A stretch of 64,000 bases of DNA from NCBI GenBank assembly GCA_964188305.1, contig OZ076893.1. One strand, 5' to 3'. Both the position numbers and the translations under genes were made by a program. Positions 37,831 to 50,600 of this stretch are shown here, one piece after another. Numbering within the stretch: position 1 is the first letter of the stretch; each line of letters begins with the position of its first letter. A model generated the notes under the pieces. The model was given only the letters and a program-made list of their open reading frames with translations, searched no databases and was not told the DNA's origin. This DNA is from Podarcis bocagei (Eukaryota).

Positions 37831-39341
37831 ATGCATCACAGTTTGATAGCCAGGAGTGTGTGCATCCATTTCTAAAAGAAAAATACAAATTATCTGCAAA
37901 TGAGATGGGAATCATAATGAAGGATGAAAACCGTATCAGTTTGTATTTGTATTTCCAACCCCTGATGGCTTGATGATCAACCTGGCACCTCCTTACAGCT
38001 TCTAAGATGTCATCAAACCTCAGCCTTAATTTTCAAGTTGTTCTTTGTAACTATGAAGTCCAGAAACTCAGGGATAGCTAGAGCAAAGTATCAGAGATAT
38101 CAGTGTTGCTTGTTTTCCCGGTTACCCATTTCAATGTGAATCTGTTTTTATTTCATATTTCCAGGCTTCTAAGCATGGGGGAAATCCCAAAACATGCTCT
38201 TATATTAGTCTCCTTGGCTTATTGGGCAAAAAGAAGAGCAGGGTGCAAGGAGCTAGTACAGACCAGATACTAACTGACCTAGCCCCCCAAATGCAAAGAG
38301 AATGCCTGCCCTTTGTTCTGGGAGCTAATTTAGAAAAATACTATATGTAACTTTTTTAGGACAAACATGAATTACACTTCCTTTTATTTCAGGGTGGTGT
38401 GAGGACCCTAGGCATCAAAAAGTATGGGAAACACTGTTTTGGGACTGAGAATGTTGAGAGCTGAAGAGCAGTAGCCCAGACTCTGTAGGCATACAGTCCG
38501 CAAGCTGCTGCATATGTTTGTAAACATGTGCAGCCAATGCTTTCACACAAACTGGGTAACAAATGTGCTACGGTTTAATCCCAAGGGTCTGAGGGACTGA
38601 AGCTCACAGCGCTTAAATACTAATATGCTAATCCCAACCTCTGGTTCCAAGAGGTTAATATGTTGTTTCGGTTTTAGTGATTCATTCTGGATAAGGCGGA
38701 ATCATACATTAGTCCAAAATTGATTTATTCATTTAAGCTTTGGTAGAGGAGGAGACGTGAAAAATGCACCTCATTTTTAAAACTCAGGCTGATAAGCAAA
38801 TAATTTAAGTAATTTATCAAGTTCCAAAATATAGAAATGAAATGCAGGAGAAAAATAAATAGAAGTAAATGTGTGTGTCCTGACTCATGCATGGAAAATG
38901 AATGGGATGGAAGAAAAGCAGCAATATATTTGCATAAAAGGAGATTTTTGCATGCTCATTCTGAGGTTGAATTCATCAGGATATTCTGCTTCATTTAAAT
39001 AAAGAAGGTACACAGGTTCCCATTTAGTCCTGTGCCATATTAGAAATTAGACCTTTTCTGCTGCGTAACTTTGGCCAATAAGGTTGTGTTCACTTCTGCT
39101 TCACACTAATGACATGGGGTTGGGGCCAGTCTATGCTTAGTCATAGATGCATTAAAACATAAATCTTCTTGATTTCAATGGGCCTACTCTAAGTATGTGT
39201 GGTAGACCTGAATCCAGTCCGTCATATTTTGATAACCAAGTGTGAATGGAAGAAATCCAACACTGAAATTGTATCACATATTCAGCTTCTCAGTGCTACG
39301 CACAGCTTATTCTGTGGAATAAAACTCATTCGTGAGGACTA

Positions 39342-39567
39342 CAGTGGTACCTTGGGTTACAGACACTTCAGGTTACAGACTCCGCTAACCTAGAAATATT
39401 ACCTCAGGTTAAGAACTTTGCTTCAGGATGAGAACAGAAATCGTGCTCTGGCGGCGCGGCAGCAGCAGTAGGCCCCATTAGCTAAAGTGGTGCTTCAGGT
39501 TAAGAACAGTTTCAGGTTAAGTATGGACCTCCAGAACGAATTATGTACTTAACCTGAAGTACCACTG
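39342..39567 (-). mobile_element. Tc1/mariner (Tigger/pogo-like) MITE, complete
   Basis: TA|CAGTGGTAC ... GTACCACTG|TA. Confidence 0.92.
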
Positions 39568-40664
39568 TATTTGGAAACTGTATTTTCGCCTGCTATGTGG
39601 TTTTATGGATGTGAAAGTTTCTTATCCAAATCAAGCTGCTTTGAAACTGAATATCCGCAGAAGTTGCTTTATGTCTTGTTGAATTATATATCGTTCCCCC
39701 CGCCGCTGCCCAAATCTTTCATAAAAAGCACTATTCAGAATCTTACACACTCCACGTGCTTTTCTTTGACACAATTTTGTTTGTTTGTTTGTTTCATTCA
39801 TTTCTATACCACGCTTTGGCTCATACTATAAAATGAATACAAACCATTAAAAGAAAAAACAAGGCAAACAAAACTGAAAGAAGAAATAAAGCTAGCAAAT
39901 GTTCTGTTTGTGCTATTAACTTTACTCCTCATTTGCATTTAAGTAATTAGTAATATAAAATTCCTTTCACACATAGTACACATTTTCACAGCTCACCATG
40001 GGAGGAACATCCTTAGCATTCACATTTTGCAGATGGGCAGCTGATGAGACTTGCCCAGAGCCATCCAAGAAAGGCAGAAAGGAGCTAGGACATGAGCATC
40101 CTTCTTCCCATGGGTCTACCTTGGGCTCCGCTTCCTTCCATAAATGGAAGGAGCCCTTCCACTTGTGGAGGGGCAAGTCTTCACCCAGTCAAGAGAAAAT
40201 AAAATAGCTATCCCAGTGGACCCCATACCAAGAATTATTAGAGTATGACAACTGTGCCTTTTCAAGAAACTACCCTTTTTGCCGCACAAAAAATGAACCT
40301 CTTTTCAGGTAGAATCTAAATGTCATTGTTCACAGCATTCATAGCTATTGGTCTGCATGAGAATATCCAACAACCTTCACCTGGAATATCTATAGGAATA
40401 TTTGAATTAATGGCCACATCAGTTTAGGAGTATGGCTGTTTCTAGTTACTAATTGGTGCTGAGCTTAGAAACCTTTCATCAAAGAAGCTACAAAGACATG
40501 CCCTTGGTAACATCATTAGAAGTTCTTAGGACTTAAAACCTAAATGAGGCATGCAGTAAGATGCCAATTAGTAAAACAGTTTCACAAACCCGGCAATATG
40601 GAGAAAATGCAAGGTAAGCCACCCTAAGCTTTTCAGTAACCTCTGGCAACCTTCCAAATGCAAA

Positions 40665-40822
40665 AGAAAGCCCCAAGTCCATTGGCTCATCTAGCTCAGT
40701 GTTGTTGACACTGGCAGGCAGCAGCTCTGCACAGGTAGTCCCCAAGCCTTACGAAGAATGCTGGGGATGAACCTAGAAGCTTTTCATGCAAAGCCTATGC
40801 TCTCCCACTGAACCACGACCAT
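40665..40822 (-). mobile_element. tRNA(Ala)-derived SINE, degenerate
   Basis: Reverse complement of the 34142 family (catctagctcagtgttgttgacactggcaggcagcagctct...catgcaaagc). Confidence 0.65.
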
Positions 40823-41271
40823 TCCAGAGATGGAGCCACATATGATAAGGGTGAGAAGAATATAGCCTGGAATGTACTGATGGATTTCTGGGTGATTTGC
40901 AGCAGATCACCAAAGATATCTGGCTCCCAGTCGTTTGACAGTAGCAACAACAAAATGACACACCGACACCAAATTAAGCTGCTGAAATGAAGAAAACTTG
41001 GGGTAACCAGAAATAAATTTTGCTTATGGGCTGTACTCAGAACTGTGCTAAACGGAATATTCCATTAGTGGCAGAATTTCTCCTTGCACAGCAGAAGGTT
41101 CAGCCTCTTTCCTCCCACTGCTCACCCCTTAAATCTGTTCTGGGGATTTCCCCAATCCTCTCAAGCAGAGCACAGGAGGAGGAGAGGAAAGGAAATCCCA
41201 TTGGGCAAGTGGAACTTGCAGTTATTTAGTTGAATACCACACTTAGTACTTTTAATTCAAAGTTTGACCAA

Positions 41272-41367
41272 ATTGCGGGAGGCAGTGGAAGTCAGGAGTG
41301 CCTGGCGTGCTCTGGTCCATGGGGTCACGAAGAGTCAGTCACGACTAAACGACTAAACAACAACAAT
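41272..41367 (+). mobile_element. RTE/BovB LINE extreme 3' end
   Basis: gcctggcgtgctctggtccatggggtcacgaagagtc...acgactaaacgactaaacaacaacaa. Confidence 0.88.
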
Positions 41368-41589
41368 ATGTCATTTGTCTCTGACTCCAATCAGTGGCTA
41401 TCTGGGTCTAGTAAAACATAAAGTAGATGCCTCAAGCCCTCTCCTGACTTGTGGTTTACAGTCACATACACACCTGAAAGAAGACTGTGGCGCGTTCACA
41501 CTCCCTAGTCAGATGAATGCTCTCCAACATAATCATTCCAGGAAACAAATACTAGTTCGGTTCAGATATCAAAAGGGTGCAGAGAAGGG

Positions 41590-42078
41590 CAGCCCAAATG
41601 ATCAGGGGCTTGGAAGAAGAGGATGAAATATTTGTGGCTTTTACAGTTTAGAACAAAATGAGGCGGGGGTCAGCCTGGGAAAAGTGGATACAGAGAAGTT
41701 TTCCCACCCTTCTCATACGTCTGGAGCTTTGGGGTCATCCCATGAGACTCACAGGCAGTAGTTTGAGGACATAGAAAAAGGAGATACCATTTTATACAAT
41801 GCATGATTTGTTGAATTCCTGCTTCCAGAAGTAGTGGTGGCCACTAGCCTAGATGCCTTTAAAAGCAGATCAGACAGCTTCATGGAGGATGAAGCAATCA
41901 ATGGCTTTTAGTTATGGTGGCAACATGGAACGTTCGTGTTCAGAGGCAATATACCTCTGAATAGCATTTGCTGAATCGCATTTGCTGAACAACACTGAGG
42001 GAGGGCTCTTGCCTTTGTGCCCTTGCTGTGAGCTTCCAAGAAGCATCTGGTTGGTGTCCATAGCAAACAGAATGATGC
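41590..42078 (+). mobile_element. Degenerate CR1 3' region
   Basis: ggggtcatcccatgagactc...gtggtggccactagcctagatgcctttaaaagcagatcagacagcttcatggagga; similar to 37540-37830. Confidence 0.7.
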
Positions 42079-42080
42079 AT

Positions 42081-42300
42081 AGTGTGGTGTAGTGGTTAGA
42101 ATGCTTGACTGGGACCTGGGAGATCAGGGTTCAAATCCCCACTTACTTAGCCAAGAAGCTCACTTTGTCGACTTAGGCCAGTCACCATCGCTCAACCTAA
42201 CCTACATTGTAGGGTTGTTGTGAGGATAAATCATGGAGAATCTTGTGTGCTGCCTTGAGCTCCTTAGAGGAAAGGTGGGATATAAATATAATAAATAAAA
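42081..42300 (+). mobile_element. MIR/Squam3-like tRNA SINE
   Basis: gtgtggtgtagtggttaga A box, gggttcaaatccc B box, agggttgttgtgaggataaa core, A-rich tail. Confidence 0.85.
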
Positions 42301-43132
42301 CTAGCTCAGGATTAGCAAACATGGTGCTGATGTTGAATTGCAACTCACATCATCTCTGACCCTTGGCCATGCTGGCTGGGGCTAATGGGAGTTGGAATCC
42401 AACAGCATTTGAATGACACCATGTTGGCTGCCTCTTCACAAAATAGACCTTTGGTCAAAAACAATAAGACCCCTCGTATATATATGTCTTTTATTCTAAA
42501 CCCTCCTACAACTTATTAGGCCCCTTCAAAGACAAAAAGAAAAGAAAAGAAATCAGAAGTCCTGCATGTTAATCATCTTTTCTGCTGCATACATGCTTAT
42601 TTTCATAAAGTTTTCTTCATCCTGTAATTACAGTTCTTCAGAATGACTGGTCAAAAACTGAAAAATAAAAAAATGAATGCTTTTATGAGCTTTCCTGACC
42701 AGTGCTTTATCTTCTTGCCATTATGCTTCCAGATATCTTAAGTTGCATTTAATGATAAGTCACAACATTTTCATAAAGGAGCATTTCATATAGAGCAGCT
42801 AGTCTTGCATAACCACTGGGTCAAAAATGCAACAAACATCTTCCCAAGGTCCCTGTCTGAATGAAGGACTAGGAACTTTTGTCATTGTCGATAGGCGCTG
42901 GCAGTCAAAATAAATAAATGTATTATAAACTCATCCTCAACAGACTTGGCTGTCTGAAAATGTAAGTATAACAAAAGGGTTGTTTCTAAAGACTAATAGT
43001 GTTTATTGTGACTATTGGAATATTTATTAAGTCTGTTTTTATCCGATGACCTTGTCCTGCACTGATTTAGCCACTACTGCTACTGTTTCACACTCTAAGT
43101 GCCAGCAATGTTTTAGGTACTGTATGGTAGAT

Positions 43133-43285
43133 AAAGGTAAAAGACCTTTGGGCAGTTAAGTCCAGTCAAAAGCGACTATGGCATGCAGTGCTCATCTCGC
43201 TTTTCAGACAGAGGGAGCCAGTGTTTGTCCATAGACAGCTTTCCAGGTCATGTGGCCAGCATGTCTAAACTGCTTCTGGTGTAAT
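43133..43285 (-). mobile_element. Sauria SINE 3' fragment
   Basis: gtgctcatctcgc...gggagccagtgtttgtccatagacagctttccaggtcatgtggccagcatg matches 29760-29835. Confidence 0.8.
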
Positions 43286-43308
43286 GGAATACCTTTGGGT
43301 GGACCTAA

Positions 43309-43309
<1 letters not shown>

Positions 43310-43356
<47 letters not shown>
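43310..43356 (+). repeat. (CA)n microsatellite
   Basis: Pure CA run, about 23 units. Confidence 0.97.
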
Positions 43357-43358
<2 letters not shown>

Positions 43359-46300
43359 CTTTAGAGCCACTGCAGACATTACTCTGTAGAAAATGCATCT
43401 CTGCCACAGGATCAATGCACAGCATGGAATCATTGCCTCCTTATTGCATGCACACATTGTCAAGCATGTAATTGTGAAGTGCAAATAGGCACTGCATTTT
43501 CGTGTTTGCACACAGAATGGTTTCCTGTGTGTGTGTTTAAAAGTAAGCAATGGCTCTCAAATGAATTGTGCTGAAATGACTGGAGAGGGGAAAGATGGCA
43601 CTGGAGGAGACTACCATAAAGTAGTCTGGAAAAGGCAGATGCTGAAAAGGAAGAAGTATTAGGAGAATTTATTATCTCCATGGACACCTCCAAAATGTCA
43701 AAGGAGCCAAGAAATAAAGTGAGGATCTTCAGCTTGCACGTACTCTCTCTGGTTGCAGCTAGGAGGCCTGTGGCACAGAAGAGTATGCTACAGTTAGTTT
43801 TATTCAACAAGGAATACTGCTGTTGCTGAATATATGTTAGATATCTACATATTCATGATTGCAATTACAGTGCTAAAAAGAGGCCATAGTGGTCTCCAGG
43901 ATGAGAGGACAGGATGGTATAATAGAGACATCTACTGGTAAAAATAGGGAAACTTTCTTGGAAGCCACCATAGGATTTACTTGTGAGATCACCTTTACTA
44001 TGGTAATGACACTCCTGTTAGTGACAAGCTCAGTGTAACACCAGTACATTTAGATGCAATGTACAAATCCTCATACTTGCTCTTCTGAAACAATGAAATC
44101 TCTTTTTTCTTCAAGGTGAGCATCACCAGGCCATGAAAAATGCAGTGTGTGTAACCATAAACATGTAGAAGGATATAGATATAGCAATGCATAAACATTT
44201 CACAAAGTGTCTAAGTTCAGATAGTATGCATTGTTTCATTTAGTCATTGACTAAAATGACTTTAGAAATATTTGCAAAATGCTTTAGGTCAGAAAATAGC
44301 TTGTGACAGCTGAACTGATAGGCTAAAATATTAGGTTTATGGTCCAGTGACATTAGGATAATGTGTTGAATATAGTGTTTCATATGAATACTAAACATAA
44401 AATAGATATGATCTCAACAAAAGGCAAGGCAATAAGAACTAAACTGCACAGTCAACAGGATCACGGGGTACGTTACATTGAGTAGTACCATTTCAGACTG
44501 CAGATGTGGAATAGTATCTTTGGCTACTCCTCCATATAAAGGCTATTCAGTTTTAGCCTAATGTTCCCCTTAATAGGAAAGGATAACCACCCTAAAGCAT
44601 CTTCCTAACTACATCTGCATGTTCCATAGCCACTGGCCTTAAAAGGTACCGTCCTAGTCAGAAACTACTTGCCAATTGCTGTATATCTTTTCAAATATAC
44701 TAACCAGGAATGACTGGTAGAGTGGGGCAGTGCCATAGAGGCATCCTGCCTTTCTGTACAAAACTATGCATATGTACTCAGAAGTAATTTATATTGTGTT
44801 TATTGGAGCATACTCTTGCTAAGTGTGCTTAGAATTACAGTCTTTTAATATGGACTGGGAGCTTGAAATTAACTTTAAGTATTGTCAGCCAGGCAGAAGC
44901 ATCAGCCAAGTGTAGATCAGGAAAATAATGGTGGAGTTTTGTAGCTATCATACTTTTAAAATGTAGTTGAACAAGGAAACCTGTCTGACAGATAATGACA
45001 CATATTCATTTAGGACAGGTTCAAGCGTAGTGTGCCTATTACATTATTATGCATCTGTCAGGGCTAACAATAGACAGAGATGACAAAAATGAATGTTGAT
45101 TTATGAAACCTTGAACTAAATATAAAATAAGAATAAAGAGAAAATTCAAAGCCCAAGATTCAAATGATAAACTAAAGCTGTACTAATATATAGCAGACTA
45201 AGTATAGTAGAGCTGGTGTGATACAGTGGATTGAAAGTTCTCATGTCAGATGTGGGAATTTGGATAGATAAAAGTATTTATGGTCCAGTAGTGTCTATGT
45301 CATATTGCACCATACTCTGTATGTGCTAGGAGCAATTGTCTCCTTAAGGTCCCATTCAGTCCATACATAAAATTTATAATACCCATAAGTCATAAGAAAG
45401 TCTTAACAATAAATATGCAGAAAATTAATACCAGTAACAGCAAAAAATTAAGCACCACTCTTAGCTTCTTGGGGGGAGAGCTGGTATAATAATATAGTTG
45501 ATATTTGCTCACCAATACAGTATTCTAGTTTAGCACCATTTTATGCAAGGGTTACTTATAGCTACTTACTTTTCTATGTAAAAGGGGGGGGGGGACAATT
45601 CTATATTGTCTAGGCATCAACTCTTGTTATAATTTAAAAAGAAACAAACTGCCTTTGATTGGAGCTGTTTTGCTTATTTGCCTGTTTCCACCAATTCGAC
45701 AAGTATACACCTCATTTTCCAGCCTCATTTTCTTGTTTTTGATTTTTTTTCTGTAAAAAAAGAGTTGGGCTAGATTTTGGACCAAATTATATAGATGCAC
45801 ACACTCAAAATGTCATGTAACAGAAGACTAATTCATCCATGTGTGTAGTACACATTGTAGTAAGGTATTCAGCACCATGTTTGTGGACAAGCTCACAGTT
45901 TTTGCATTTAGTTATAAAAATATAGACTGAACTTTGGCATCTTTCTAAACTCCACAAAAGCCAATAAGCATTCTGGGTGTATTAAGTCCAGTGATGCAGA
46001 ATATTCATGCATCTATCATATTTAGGTGTGGCCCCTAAACTTCCCTATGCAGCACAAAATAATAGTGAACTGGTATGGGGAAACAGTTCTGTGGGTTTTT
46101 TTGGGGGGGTACAAAAATATCATGTACTTCTGCAGCATTATCAACATTTCCTCATATTTGGGAGCAGTTTACAGCTGTACAGATTCTAGAATGGATCTAA
46201 ACAAACAAACAAGACCTCGTCACACATAATCAAAATCACACTACTGCACAAAGTTTTCCTCAGAGCTTCACAATCATACTTCACTCCCTTGGAAATCAGT

Positions 46301-46590
46301 TATGCACAACAAACTTCCAGTGGATTGGGACCATTAGGTTGTCTCCAGTGTTGGTCCTACTTAGAGTAGACCCATTGAACTGAGGGGCCTAATTTAGTCA
46401 TGCACTTTAATTACACTGGGCCAAGGATTAACATTCACTACAACCGAATGGTTTGAGACAACTTTTTCTTTAGGCAACAACCTATCAACCAAAAGTTAAG
46501 AATGCACATTATTTTATCACCAATCTGTAGCTGGCAATGGTTGCCTGTCACAAAGCTTATAACACTACAGCTTTTTTATTTTTTAAAAAA

Positions 46591-46658
46591 ACAGCAAATA
46601 TTATATTAAAAATGGAGGGGGTGACAGCAAATATTATATTAAAAATGGGGGGGGTGAC
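46591..46658 (+). repeat. ~33-bp tandem duplication
   Basis: acagcaaatattatattaaaaatgg(a/g)ggggg(g)tg x2. Confidence 0.9.
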
Positions 46659-47697
46659 TGCTCATAATAATTTATTTCATATATTCTGCCCAGTGCTCTT
46701 TTTAAATTATTTATGTGATGTTTCTAAGCTTGCATTTTACTAATTTCCTGTTGCCAGTGTGGTATTTAGCATCTAATTTTCAATTGCTGCTATGGCATTT
46801 GGCATCAAGTTCTAATAAAGCTACTGGAGAAGCACACATTTAACTTAATAGGCTTTAGCATGGTTCCCAAGTTGTTCAAATGAGATGACTTATCTTGCAC
46901 ATTAAGTACCTCCTGTTCATTTATCATAATGCCATTGATTTTATGTCTAGACAGCCTCCCATTCTTCAACAAAATAAAAATTACCTCATCTGACTTAATA
47001 TTTCACCGTAATATTGATGATGCATACTTCCAGTGTTCATAATCCTGCTGCCACAAGTTGACAAAATAGCAAGGGAAAACTACAATATATAGTGTATTGC
47101 TTACTTACAAATATGCCATTAGATTTATGAAACTAACCAAAAGCAGTATCAAAACTTTTTTAAAAAGTCAGTGGATATATCTGCATTCTATTTTTATTTT
47201 CTAACTTTTATAGCCCACATTTCTTCTGTCACAGAACCCAAGGCAGCATACATGCGTTCCTAGGTGGTCTCCTATCCAGGTAGTGGCCAGCACCAAGCCT
47301 TCATACCTTCAGCAAGGTGGTAGACAACATGGCATCCTTCACATGTTGTGGACTACACCTCTCATCACCCATGATCACTGGTCAATGGTTGAGGATGATG
47401 GGAGTTGTAGTCATGGACATAGCCAGGATTTGGGGGATCCACCAAAGTTGTTGAGCTTTCTTTGATGTGACAGTCAATGAGTGGTACATTTTCATCGGCC
47501 AAGATATACTATTTTAGATAATTGTTGGTGTACATCAGTCGGTATACCCCCATGTGCACGTACCAAGGAAGAGAACACTATTGTGACATGGGATGATCCC
47601 TTTTTGTGTACGCAGCTGTGTTTATACTAGGAGAGTACAGCTTTTGATATGATACAGAAACCCATTTTTGTTGTTCTGTAAAGGAGCTTGTACAGTG

Positions 47698-47891
47698 ATG
47701 TGTGATGTGATGGTTAGGGTGTTGAACTAGGACCGGAGAGACCAGGGATCACATCCTTACTCAGCAATGAAACTCACCAAATGGCCTTGACCAGCCTAAC
47801 CTACCTCATAGGGTTGTTGTGAGCAAAATATGGAGAAGAGGAGAGTCATGTATTCCACCTTGAGCTCCTCTGAGGAAAGGCAGGATATAAA
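47698..47891 (+). mobile_element. MIR/Squam3-like tRNA SINE
   Basis: Matches 42081-42300 throughout. Confidence 0.8.
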
Positions 47892-49669
47892 CAATGAAAA
47901 AACAAAACATATAGGTTAGTTGATCAGGAAGAATTCTGTTCTTTTGGGGGCAGGGGAACAGTAGCTTGATTTGTACCATACTTGCTATATTTGAGTTTGA
48001 ACTTCATTTTCCCAGCTCATTACATTGACTGTGTTTTAATCATAGTGACTTAAATTTGATTATATCTTGCATAGGTGAAAGAGATGGAGGAATTCCTGTT
48101 GTACTACATCTTTTATATTTCCATTCTTCCTGTTCCCGTTCTATATAATGATGTTCAAATTGTTCTGTTATAGTGATGGATGTGATGAAGAAGCAAATTA
48201 GGTGCACAGGAACAAAGCCAGCTTTTAATGCCAGTTAAAAATTGGAGATGTACCAACAGAGATTACTGAGATGTACTAAATATTTAACACTATGGAGAAA
48301 GAAAGGGGTTTTATTCATTCACAAATTACTTCACAAAGACAGAGTTGTATCTGGAAATATTCCTAACACTGTCCATACTTTGCTGTCTTGTAAGGGGAAT
48401 GAAACGTAACTCACAACAGAAGAGATGTCTCATCTGCATGCAGAATCTTCTAGTAAAACAAAAAAGTAAAATTAACCAATATTTCTCCTGCCATTAAATA
48501 ATCCAAGGGAAATACTGGAAACATATTTTGTTGCCTTCTTTAAATGGGAAAGATAGATTGCAAGCCACTAAAACAGTAGAAAATAAGAAGAATCATATTT
48601 TGAAAGAGAGCTGCCTTGCATTGTAACATTAATACAGTGAAGCTGTTGTGTGAGACATCAACAATACTGTACTCAGAGCTCCCCCAACCCTGATAGCTGT
48701 GGGGCTTTTCCAACTTTTTTTTTCACAAGGAGGGAACACTTCTGGCTCTTGCTACAGGAATGCTTATTAAATTGGATCCCTGCTGGATGAGAGCAAAAAC
48801 CAGTCTAGTCCAGCATCCTTTTCTTACAGTGGCCAACCAGATGCGTATGGAAAGCCTGCAAGCCTGTTTGACTGCAATTTCCCACAAGTTGAACTAAGGT
48901 CCCTTTGAAATCAATGAGACAAATTAGTCATGACTTAAGACCCGTTTATTGCGATGGGTATTAAGTTCAACTAACCTATAGCACAATCCTGTCTACTCAG
49001 AGATAAACTCCACTGAGCTCTATTGGACTTACTCCCAGATGAGTATGCCTGAGACCGCAGCCAATGTAGGTAGGTACGTGGGTATTTGCTTGCACCTATG
49101 TGTCGTTGGAAACAAGATAGCTTAAAATGACCAATTTTCCAAAAATATGTATAAAAGGATATGTATTTTTGGTACTTCATGAGTCCAAACTGAAATTCAA
49201 GGCAGAACACAGTTTGCTTTAGTACTTTTCAGGGAAAACAGAAAATTACTGTTTTCTCTGAAGGGGAGAAATTGCATTTCCAAATGCTGCACTTCGGTAA
49301 ATTCATTGAGCGTAACATTTTCTCACGTAACCTTAAGGTTGTCCATTTTCTTTCAGCTTTCAAATAATTGAACTAAGTGATAAAAAGTGAAATGCTAAAG
49401 GATGTTGAGCTTCTTTCTCTTCCCCTACCTCTATACTTCTTATGCTGTAACTGAAAATGATTTAAAGACTGTGGAATATGTCAGCTGAGAGAACATTTCT
49501 CAGAACATCTGTCTTACTGTCTATTGTACACAATAGCTAGCATCTGAAATGTTAAAACTTTGTGGAATGGAACATTGCGGTTAGGCTATTGGCCTCACTG
49601 TAATGTCCATTCCTGGGGCACTATATCCAAGTGTTCTGTCTCACCAGGTCAGCTGCAATGCCCCAGTGG

Positions 49670-49850
49670 AGCTGTATGGTGGTTAAAGTGTTGAACTACA
49701 GCCTGAGAGACCAGGATTCAAATCCCCACTCAGCTATGAAACTCATTGGGCACCATTGGGCTGGTCACTGCCTCTCAGCTTAACCTACCTCACAGGGTTA
49801 TTGTGATGATAAAATGAAGAAGGGGGAAATCATGTACACTCCTTGAATGA
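49670..49850 (+). mobile_element. MIR/Squam3-like tRNA SINE
   Basis: ggtggttaaagtgttgaactac...gagagaccaggattcaaatcccc...taacctacctcacagggtt. Confidence 0.8.
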
Positions 49851-50562
49851 GAGATAATTGTGTATATGTGTGTGCACGTGTATGTGTGTGTGTACACACC
49901 CACAAAATATCTACCAAAACTATGCCATCACATATATTTCTCTAATTTGACAAATGTTAATGATTGTTCATCTTAAGAATATGCTCTGATTTATATATAT
50001 ATTCGTGGATTTTTGCCAAAGTCAGTATGACTTGAACCCAAGCTTCACTCCCACTGGTGGGAGCATCCTCTGAGCAGACAGAAGTTGGATTCTTTTGCTG
50101 ATTTCCCCTCCTAGACCACAAGGTCCTATGAAAATATTATGTGACAGGTTGGAGGACCCTTCAGAACAGTGTGAAAGGTGACACTGGGAGCTGCATGGGA
50201 AAAGGGAAATTGGTGTGAGTTGCCTTGGTCACCCACTTCCACCAGTGAGATCTCTCCACTAGATCAAAAGTCCAGTGTGGGCAGAAGGAGCTCTTCTGTT
50301 TGCAGAGGGTGAAGTTTTGATCCAACCTCAGTTGTTGTTCTCCAACTCCCATCAGCACTAGCCATCATGGCCAGTAGTCAGGGATTATGGGAACTGTAGT
50401 CCAGAGGAAGTCCCAGAGATTCCTCATCCCGGATCTTGCATGAACTAATCAGGCTGACTGGGTATAGCAGATCTTGTCTAATTGCAGTGAGATGAATATG
50501 ATGACCTGCAAACCTATTAGTGCACTATTTCTGAGGATGAACTTCAAATATCCATTATGATT

Positions 50563-50600
50563 TGCTAACCACATTTTTTTTGCTTATTTTTGTTTTACAG
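50563..50600 (+). promoter_or_regulatory. KCNB2: Branch point, polypyrimidine tract and 3' splice acceptor of the terminal KCNB2 exon
   Basis: TGCTAAC (branch A 50568), T-rich tract, TTTTACAG ending at 50600, followed in frame by ATT TTG GCC (ILA). Confidence 0.93.

Larger units (their letters stand above)
1..50600 (+). other. KCNB2: 3' portion of the large KCNB2 intron
   Basis: No Kv2 T1-domain coding sequence in 50.6 kb upstream of the acceptor; repeat-rich; Kv2 genes are known to have two coding exons split by one very large intron. Confidence 0.88.

Noticed and set aside
43204-43550. CV/HT-repeat ORFs
   Set aside because: Translation of the (CA)n microsatellite.
50562-50600. First 13 codons of the 736-aa ORF (TTG start)
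   Set aside because: This is the branch point and polypyrimidine tract; the real exon starts at 50601.
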